DNA of 64,000 bases from Octopus vulgaris. Its lineage: Eukaryota. The stretch lies in assembly GCA_951406725.2 (NCBI GenBank), contig OX597819.1, positions 99,324,001 to 99,388,000 on the forward strand, read 5' to 3'. The notes under the pieces were generated by a model. That model made no database searches, was not told the origin of the DNA, and saw nothing but the letters and a program-made list of their open reading frames with translations. Shown here in pieces: positions 54,529-64,000 of the stretch (position 1 is its first letter; every line of letters starts with the position of its first letter). A program made the translations under genes and the position numbers.

Positions 54529-55210
54529 CTGTGATAATTAGAGATCAGGCCCAGAATAACCCTTACAGCAACTGTAAGTGTTATTACGCGACTGACCTTA
54601 TAGTACGCAACTGACCTTCGGTAATATGCGATGCATACTTGCACTCATTATTTCTATCTTTTGTATCGTCTATAGAATGAAAATAATAGCGTTTGATATA
54701 CGATTTCATTGCAATTCTAGAATGGCTTAAGCACTCATACGCAGCAATTGAACACAGCCAAAAAGACGTTATTCATTACAGCGATTGATGAAACCAGAGC
54801 CTAATACTACACTGAGTGCATTGCACATGGTGAAGTTTATGATTGGCTGTTGCCTGAATTATATTGTTTCAGACGGTATAAATTAAGATGGTAGCACACT
54901 AAGATTTTGCAATTTATGCGAGCTGAAGTTAAAATCTGGATATATTTTAACCTTCTCTCTTCCACTGATATCTTTAATAATATGATCGATATTATTTTAT
55001 ATGTCGACTGAATTTAACTAATTTCCCCATAAATTTCGGTAAGTTAGTATATATACAGGGAAGATAAAATTTCAGATGTTTTGAGAAAGTTATTTATCAG
55101 AAAAAGAACAAAAAATCTTTTGAAATAAATTTCAAAACTATTAGTTGCGTCAGCTTTTAAATTACTTTTAAATTACTGAGATTATTGATGACAATTCTGC
55201 TTTATCACAG

Positions 55211-55418
55211 GAAACACAGCCCCTGAAATTTCTGGTGAAAAAACTGTTAAAATAAATATAAATGAAACAGCCACTGCCATTCTCAATGTCACAGATAATG
55301 AAAAGGATGATATAACAATCACAAAGCAACAAGGTGGCGAATATTTTAATGTCAGTAAAAACGGATCCGATATTACATTATCAATATATTTAATGCATTC
55401 AAATGCAGTTAATATCAG
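55211..55418 (+). CDS. Mucin-like protein exon (cadherin/Ig-like beta-rich segment)
   Basis: CACAG|..NTAPEISG..LNVTDNEKDDIT..|GTGAGT; 208 nt, phase 1-2. Confidence 0.85.
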
Positions 55419-56186
55419 GTGAGTTAAAGAGGAATTTCTATTCATGTTATTTCATTTTATCATTGAGGCAAATTAATGAAACTTTGCAGAGCTCTTAAAT
55501 TCACAGAATACTGATGTTCTGGTACAATAAAATGTCAGTGCTGCAGCTCGATTTCAAGTGACAGAAGACTTCATATCGAATTGACTTGAGATTTGAAACT
55601 TCTGGAGAAGTTAACCCTGAAACTTTTCGTTGTGTATATTTGGTAGAGCAATTTACATTTGGTATGCAAAAAGATTCCTCATCGAAAAGCCAGCAGTGTT
55701 TTTATGGTTAAACAGTATCAACAGTGATTTTATTGCAACTGGAATACTCGTGGAACTTAAAGCTTTCAAACCATAAGAATTTAACATATGCTAAAATAAA
55801 ATCACTTAATTTAGTTTAAACAGCAATAAAATCAAATCAGTTTAGTCTATAACCATTTCTATAATTAAATCTATAATTAAATCTATCAATTAAGTCAAAT
55901 CAATTGAATTGAACGAATGCTAAAATCAAATAAAATCAAATAAGAAATAAAAATTAACTTAAGTCTAATCAGTGGTAAGATTAATTTGTTTAATTTTAAC
56001 GAATGATGGATTTGTTTGAAGTTTAATCGGCGATAAATTTTAAATACTCCAGAAACACATGCATACATTGGCAGTACTTACATACATACATACATGCATA
56101 CATACATGCATACATACATACATACATACATACATACATACATGCATACATACATACATACATACATACATACATACATACATACA

Positions 56187-56815
56187 CAACCAGATTACAA
56201 GTTCAGGTTTATATCTGTACTTATTGGTGCCCTGGAATATGTAACACACTGCCTAAATACCAATCTTGAGAAATTAGGTTTCTCAAAACCAGAAAGGAGA
56301 AAGCTAATTCGAAGACTACAGATCCATTCTATCATTGGAACTGTAAAAATCTGTAAAAGCTTCCAGAAGTTTATCATTTAAATATATGTGAGCATGTCTA
56401 GATATGCAACTATATGCATGAGAATACATACATAAAACATACAAATCTGCGCATACATACTGTTGTGTGGAGGCCCTCAGACAATAAGTAGGCTAGTCCA
56501 ATATGTACAAATAGTGGACATGATAGCTAGTCAGAGAAGCGTCGCGTAGAGCGAGCCGGCGCCGTCGATAGTCTAGACGTCCAGTCCTTTTGAATCGAAT
56601 CGTCGGAAGTGAGTAGAGGTACGTTATTAGCGAAGTCCCGCCATCCGAATATGCGATATAACATGCATATATACTTACATACATACTTACATACATATAT
56701 ACATACATACAAAAATTCCCTGTTGTTGATGTTGAAATTCCAATGAAGCAGACTTGGATCTAGGTTAGAAACCTGTTCTTTCTCTATTGGCAAGGAATCT
56801 TGAAATAAACTGAAT
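56187..56815 (+). mobile_element. 5'-truncated copy of the 8700-9800 RLE retrotransposon 3' end
   Basis: [30 protein letters not shown]...KFII*; flanked by (CATA)n and (CA)n. Confidence 0.85.
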
Positions 56816-56845
56816 AAGACACACACGCACACGCACACGCACACG

Positions 56846-56878
<33 letters not shown>

Positions 56879-57808
56879 GATAGAAAGCAGTGGGGCACCG
56901 AAATATTTCATCTTGTTACCGCTTTGATATATACAAAAACTGCCAAGAAACTGACTAAGATTTAAAAGTTAACTTAAATTGTCGGAATCCGTGTTTGATC
57001 TTGGCAGAATAGCTTGTTTATTTACAATACTGCCTTAACGTAAACGGCTTGAAATTATTTGCAAACTTTGCAGATAGTGGTTTTTGTAAGAATTTTTTCT
57101 AATCACTTGCAGAAATTTGCAAGTAGTTGCGTGTTATATTATGTTTTCATCATGAACAAGGATATGAAGAATATAGACATATAAGATATTTCTGATAATT
57201 TCAAAGATCCATTATCTTTGTCACCGATTTCAAAGATCCATCCTTATTTGTAAACTGATTGCGTTGCTACTTATTCTTGGTTTCGTGATGTTAAACGAAT
57301 ATCACTTTAATATTTGGACTCAGAATCTCTGATTATGGTTCCTGGTAATCCTAGATAATAAATTGATAAAACGCAGCATTTCTCTTCAAGATCACAACAT
57401 ATTTAAGCTCTTACCAACATTTGAAAACCTATGGTTATCAGCGTATTGTTCCCTCTTTCTACATATTTTATCGCTACTAGGACATAGTTGGACTTATGTT
57501 CATGCTCTCTAAGCAGATAATTCTCATATGTATTCCTGAACATACTTTTTCTGGAAACCAGAAGATACGGTTATGACAGAAATAAATTCGATCACAGAAC
57601 TGCTTAGAGTATATTTATTACGAAACAGAAATGTGGTCGTCGTAATCATCATCATCACTATCATCATCATCGACGACGACGACGACGACAACAACAACAA
57701 CAACAACAAGTTTTCAAGATAAGTGTTGAAATGACATAACAGAATTCTTAAAAATACGTTGTATGTTTAATTAATGCATATACTGATATTGGTATTTATC
57801 TGTTACAG

Positions 57809-57966
57809 CATTGTCGCTAATGATGTCAAAAATGCTTCTTCTGCCGAATTCGTTATGAGTATTGTGCTATGCAGTGGATGTTCTAATCACGGAAACTGCA
57901 GAGAAGATAACTCTGAAAATGAAAACTTTTTTCTGCAGTCATGTGACTGCAATGAAGAATATGCTG
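57809..57966 (+). CDS. Mucin-like protein exon (EGF-like)
   Basis: TTACAG|..LCSGCSNHGNC..SCDCNEEYAG|GTGAGA; 158 nt, phase 2-1. Confidence 0.92.
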
Positions 57967-59410
57967 GTGAGAATTATAAATTGTGTGAATAAATTCATAT
58001 GAATATTTTATTTATAATAATATGATGCATACTGTGAAAAAACAGCTGCTGACTAAATCTATGTGCCTAGCCAAACCCAATCTATATGAGAAATTAGACA
58101 AATGAAATGTAGTGGCAATTTAAAGCAGTAAAGATTTTGGCGGTATCTAGCATGTGAACCTCCGATGCTCATTGTTCATGTCTCAACAAAATATATGTTT
58201 CTACTCAGGTTTCTACGGCAAGAAAGTATTTCAGTACATGCTGCAGTGTCCTATCCTGATGCAATATGTAATAACCTGAAGAAATGGTTCAACCTAACTA
58301 CATTATATATGAATTTTTTGCCATTTATTATTATTATTATTGTCATTGACCCGTTACAAATTGATCGGTGTTAGAGCAGGCTTCATGATTTGCACTTTTA
58401 TAAACACAATGTTATTTTGTGTAAAGTTATTGTAGTTAGATTTGCTATTGCTGCGATGTCTTAGATCATCTTTGATTGTGTAGGCATATCATGAAAGGGA
58501 TTTTTTCACTGATTATTACCCCTCTTTAGTGATACATAGGACTACATTATCATTTTAATATGAAAATGGATGGGTATCTAGCCACTGCTTTTAAATGACC
58601 ATGTAAAGCAAGTTTCACCTCTGTATAATTATATGCTTATGTGCACGTGGCTACTACTCCTGATCCAGACAAGAGCTACCAAACTGATTGACATAAAGTT
58701 ATCCACAAATACTGTCCAAATGTTGGCCCTGGGATGTACCATTGTCTTTTCTTTCTATTTTTACGAAGGTTACTGTAATAGTTTATATTCTTTGAAGACA
58801 TCTAGGTTTTGAAGATAGCTGGGTTCTCTTCTAACTCATCACTCATTCTATCATCACTTTTATTGTGTATACAATCCAGCACATTCCCTAATCACTACGT
58901 CCAGCTCTTTCCCACCCTTTAAACGGTGTTTTTTTCAAAGTTTCGAGAGGAACAGTATATCAGAGTATATTATATCAGAGAAGCAGTAAAGTATATATTT
59001 GGGGGCCTGGAAAGGCTAAGAGCAGAAGTGAAAAGTTCTTAATAAAATAACTATTATTCTCTAAACATACCTCACTTGATCGAAAGATCAAGAAATTGAT
59101 TATTGATTCTCGCTAGTACATTATTACATTAATAATATTATAGTCAAATAGCATTATTTTGATGAAGCATGTCTGATATATGTATATATATATATCGTTT
59201 TGGGATTTGATTTGCAAGATTCTTTATGTGAGTTAGTGTGCTGAAACATATTCTGTTGTGTCTGGGGAGAGTCATTCTCTTTTAGTGCCTAATTTAACAC
59301 ACTCACCGGTAAAATTTCCACTCATTTCCATCTCCCAGACACAACGGTATAACGCGAGGAAGTGGTACATGTAAAGTATTAGCAGATGCTCAGGGAAGGA
59401 AAGAAAGGTG

Positions 59411-59445
59411 GTTTTACGTTTCGAGCAAAGCTCTTCTTCAGAAAC
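59411..59445 (-). ncRNA. Minimal type I hammerhead within a Penelope-like fragment
   Basis: GTTT-CTGAAGA-A-GAGC[TTT]GCTC-GAAA-CG-TA-AAAC. Confidence 0.65.
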
Positions 59446-59913
59446 AAGACGGAAAAAATCGCCAACGCTTCACAAGTGGTTACATTTTGAAACAAAAAAT
59501 ATATGTTTTAAATATTTTTTAAAGTCAAAACAAGTTATAAAATAGTAAAATGTAATCCGATGATTAGTATTCATATCTAGTATTTCAATATTTAAGAGGT
59601 GACAGCGATCGATATATTTCTCATGTAGATTTTCTGAAGAAGAGGTCTTAGCTTTGAAATAGTTTAAATACCATATAATAGAACTAAACACCGACCCAAA
59701 TTATTCATGTTTTATAACTTGTATTGTTTTCGTTTTAAAAAAATACGATAATATACGTTATTTCATTATGAACACTATATCAAAGTAAAATTACTCTTAT
59801 ATTTAATGAATAAATCAACTTCAGTGAAGCATTGGATTGAAAACCAGTCCGAAATTATTATAAATTCTCTAAAAATTGTCGTTCTAATAATAATGTTACG
59901 TTTTAATCAACAG

Positions 59914-60078
59914 GTGATAACTGTGAAAAAGACTTTGATGGATGCAGCGGTGATCCTTGCCCTGGAGTAGGAAAATGTGAAGACTTAAAACCAGAAGAGC
60001 ACAAAGCCCAAAATACATCTTTCCGATGTGATTGTCCACAGGGCTACGTATTAAACAACGCAACATCTCGTTGTCTAG
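59914..60078 (+). CDS. Mucin-like protein exon (EGF-like)
   Basis: AACAG|..DNCEKDFDGCSGDPCPGVGKCEDL..FRCDCPQGY..RCL|GTAACA; 165 nt, phase 1-1; absent from the ORF track. Confidence 0.92.
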
Positions 60079-61649
60079 GTAACACCTGTCTACTCACAGT
60101 ATTCTAATCCTAACACCGAACAACATTCAGTTCACTTCATCTTAATATATCTTTTATTTACTGCAATGAGGAGTTTCTTTCGGATTCAAAGAACAGTATC
60201 TGCAAATGTTTAAACAGCAATTAATAAACTAAGCATAAACTGTAATTAATAATTAATAAACAAAATTTATGATAACTTAAAAATTTATTATACTAACTCA
60301 GTTACAATACCTATACATTTATAATGCAGTAAAGTAGAAATATGGATACTGTAGAAAAATAATTTTAAGCATTTGTTTCTTTTTTTCTCTTACATTTATA
60401 AGTTAAAATATCATTAGGCTCAAATATCATTTTCCACATTAGGGAGTCAGTCAAATAATTAACAGGTATACACTGGGTCGAGGTTGTCATCTAATCTATT
60501 AGAAACCTCATATAATAGAATACAGAGTCTATATATTGTTATACGGTGACTTCGTCTAATAATACTATAAAACATTACGAGCTGTGATAGGATTGTGTGG
60601 TGAAAGAATTAACTTCGAAAGTAAGTACTTCCGATTCAATCCAGCTATGCTGTATTGAGAGAAGCATCATTTACAACCAAATCTGAGTGAGTGACATTCA
60701 TAAGAAAACATATTGAAACCTGCGAGAACAAAGTTTTCTTTTTTTTGTGTAATGACATTCATTCATTGCTACAAACATAATCTCCTCATTAGCAGCCTTT
60801 AACGGTATTCCACTGAAAGCATTTGAACTATGTCTCCGGTTTGACAATAACCCCCTTTTTCCTCGCTTTACAACTTTTTTTGAAAGCTATGAAAAGAGTT
60901 ATAGATAATGCCTTTTCCACGTGGCAGATTTAAAATATATATAAAAAAATAATGAAGATACGCTGACCCATGTTACTTTTACTATCAGTCCAAACTGTTA
61001 CAAGTATTTCAGGTAGATCTTCATTTCCTCCGGACATCATGAATAGGTAATGGATGTGTACGTAACCATCTTTGTTCCAACTACACGATCAAAGAATACA
61101 CATAATTACTTACAACCATATTCATCACGAGAGTTTATGTACACACTCACACACACACGCATATACGCACGCACATGCGCACACACATACTCATACACAC
61201 ACATACATACACATATCTTGGTACTTTGCATACGACAAATATCTGTCTGCTCATAAAAGCTCCTATGCTACTTGTTATGGCTACCGTGTATTATTTTGAA
61301 ACCTGTAGAGTTAACAATATGGGATATTTATGTATGCAGTATTTCGTGTAGAGTAGGATAAATATATTAATAATGAGAAATACTTTAAGAATGGAGATTT
61401 TAGATGTTTGTAGTTCTATTACTATATGTTTTAGCATGACATGCATTTTTATGAGATCACCTTACTACATCTATGAGTTATTTTCAAATTTTTATGGATC
61501 TTTTCTCTTTGGTTGCACTTTTTGAAATTTTAACATTAAGTGAAAATTTTCAGATTAAGTAACATTGATGTAATTTTTCACGCTGAATATCTGGGTCCAA
61601 ATAACTTATTCCAGAAAAATGTTTAAAAATAGTTGCAGATGTTTAAAAT

Positions 61650-62000
61650 TTGTTAATTTTTACCCCCGTCAGAAAACATGTTATGGAAGCTGTCATTTTA
61701 TGTATATCATTTTGTGCACAAGACAACGAAACAATGTCAACATTGCGAATTTACTCTCCATTTGTTGCGTGTGGATACCAGCTTTCGAGTTAATAAACCC
61801 AACGCTGTGGTTTACTGTTCTATGTTCAAAATTATTATCAGCAATTTCAGGATTGTGAGACAAATCGCTGAACACTGGTTTTTAGAAGAATCTATTCTCA
61901 TATGCTTTCCTCCTATGTATCAAACGAAAACACACTGTAAATTATCAGTTTGTAAATACAACGTAAGCTACCACGTGGCTGAACAGGATAGCAACACACG
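61650..62000 (-). pseudogene. Merlin/IS1595-like (ISXO2) transposase relic
   Basis: IGGKHMRIDSS and FEHRTVNHSVGFINSKAGIHTQQMES resemble the GG..VEIDES and H.TVNHS..F....G.HTQ.IES motifs. Confidence 0.6.
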
Positions 62001-62922
62001 GATAAGCAGCTTGATGACAACTTGACTTATTACTATGGGAACAGGCAATATTAATAAATATGCCTATGGCTTTCGATTGGATAAAATTATCCCAAATTTG
62101 CAAACTTTAATAGTTATCAACTATTTATATATTGATTTATGGCGACGATCAATGGCATTTCAATAATTAGCATACAAAAGTACATCAATACATCAAATCT
62201 GAAATCAAGCAAACTTGAAGCAATTGAAAAGGGGCAGACAAACAGAAAAGAACCATAATATTTATAATAGCCATGGAGCCATTAATTCGACAGGCATATT
62301 TCTTGAGGTAAATTCTGCATTATTTTTTATCGGATTTCCTTGTCGTTTCGACTTTTACACCAATCAAAAAGTTATGTTGGATTAATGGGCAGTACTTAGA
62401 AATTCTTGCAAACTGCTAGATAGATGAATGTAGTGATACAGCAGGAACTTGAGAGGGATAGTTTTGTTCGTTGTTTACATATCAGTGCAGGTGAACATTT
62501 AAGGTGGGAAAGAAAAAGAAAAAGAAAAAGAAAAGAAAAGAACAGGGAGCTGTATTCAGTCAAGTGTATGCTGTCAACTGAGCGCGGACAGGAAGATAGG
62601 AAGAATGAAAAAAGATACAAGAACTTGGGAATACGGGAAAAACAGAAAAGGGAAAACATACACTGTATTATGGATAAGAAATATTTAGTTGATAAGAGAA
62701 TAATCCCCAACCCATGTTTCTCTAATAAATAGACAAAAGCTTTAAATAAAACGGTAAGTAAAACTTTGTTCTTATCATTAATAGTTTCATCCCAATACAA
62801 CTCACGATTTTATCTCCTACCATTTCTTTTAAGAATTAAGAATTTTAATACGAGAAGATGGAATAAACAAGTTTGATGAACATCTATATTCAATGATAAT
62901 TTTATTTTCTTCATTCGGTCAG

Positions 62923-63039
62923 ATATAAATGAATGTCTAACGAATACAATATGTGAACACAATTGTACAAATACCAAGGGCAGTTTCGAATGTTCGTGCC
63001 GGTCTGGTTATGAACTTTTTAATAATACACGATGTGAAA
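62923..63039 (+). CDS. Mucin-like protein exon (calcium-binding EGF)
   Basis: TCAG|[39 protein letters not shown]|GTAGGT; 117 nt, phase 1-1. Confidence 0.92.
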
Positions 63040-63158
63040 GTAGGTATCACTCCCATACTCGTTCTTATTGCAAGTGCATTTTCTTTTGTAAACATGTTCC
63101 TATATAAAGTTTTCATATATATTATGTATTTGTAATGTAATTACATATATTAATGTAA

Positions 63159-63274
<116 letters not shown>

Positions 63275-63412
63275 GTATTTCAAAATACAAAATTACCCTT
63301 TAACAGGTAATTTTTACTTGCTAGAAATAGCAGCCAACACGGCCAAAAACCACAATTTTATAGCAAATTTCGAAGTAGATGAAAAATAAAAAAACTTTAC
63401 TTTGTTATTTAA

Positions 63413-63523
63413 CGGTAATGCCATGGATTCAAATTTCTTTAGCAAATAATATTGCTTGCCATTTTTTAATAGATAATTTAGCAAGACCATATTATCTACC
63501 AGGCGAATTCTCGTCAGTAACCG
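63413..63523 (-). ncRNA. Degenerate type I hammerhead with a long branched stem II, inside a ~410-bp insert between two (TA)n tracts
   Basis: CGGTTA-CTGACGA-GAATT...AATTT-GAAT-CCATGG-CA-TTACCG. Confidence 0.55.
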
Positions 63524-63683
63524 GCCTTAACAACTAACTTATAATTCAGAGACAAGATAACACGTGTCCCATCATTATATGTTATAATTTTTAAAATACC
63601 GCGCGCAGGCACATTTACAGTCAGCAATAGATACAATGCCGAGCTGAAACTTCGAGAATGCTAAGAACATATTCATAAGGTAC

Positions 63684-63770
<87 letters not shown>

Positions 63771-63777
<7 letters not shown>

Positions 63778-63929
63778 AACACAATTGTACAAATACCAAG
63801 GGCAGTTTCGAATGCTCGTGCCGGTCTGGTTATGAACTTTTTAATAATACACGATGTGAAAGTAGGTATCACTCCCATACTCGTTCTTATTGCAAGTGCA
63901 TTTTCTTTTGTAAACATGTTCCTATATAA
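63771..63929 (+). repeat. Direct duplicate of 62949-63107 (partial cbEGF exon plus donor and intron start)
   Basis: 159 bp, offset 822; one visible difference (TGT/TGC). Confidence 0.9.
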
Positions 63930-63930
63930 T

Positions 63931-63986
<56 letters not shown>

Positions 63987-64000
63987 ATAAATAAATAGAT

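Overview
Eukaryotic, AT-rich, microsatellite-saturated DNA. The repeat content (three tRNA-headed SINE families, Dong/R4-type, CR1 and Tx1/L1-like LINE debris, Penelope-type 3' ends) looks like an octopus/coleoid cephalopod genome; this is an inference. Most ORF-track entries are simple-repeat artefacts. One real host gene is present: a + strand, phase-consistent, multi-exon mucin-like (MUC4/SUSD2-type) protein with a VWD domain followed by EGF and Ca-binding EGF domains. Eight exons were read from 45709 to 63039; its 5' and 3' ends were not located. The rest is transposon debris: mariner, Chapaev-like, Merlin-like, hAT-like and LINE/SINE copies. The main discovery is a set of type I hammerhead-ribozyme elements, mostly next to (TA)n tracts. 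(1) A near-identical 490-bp tandem array arranged as two head-to-head arms (31399-33717) carries four complete hammerheads with an enlarged stem II and looks like a retrozyme. (2) A decayed 313-bp dimer (6953-7518) has two copies whose consensus is a canonical hammerhead. (3) A third, degenerate element with a long stem II lies at 63413-63523. (4) A 131-bp perfect palindrome (25258-25537) carries a G3-C8 covariant hammerhead. Elements 1-3 share the motif TTGRCTSYTATTTCTAG about 76-81 nt downstream of the predicted cleavage site. All structures were paired by eye; no folding program or database search was run.
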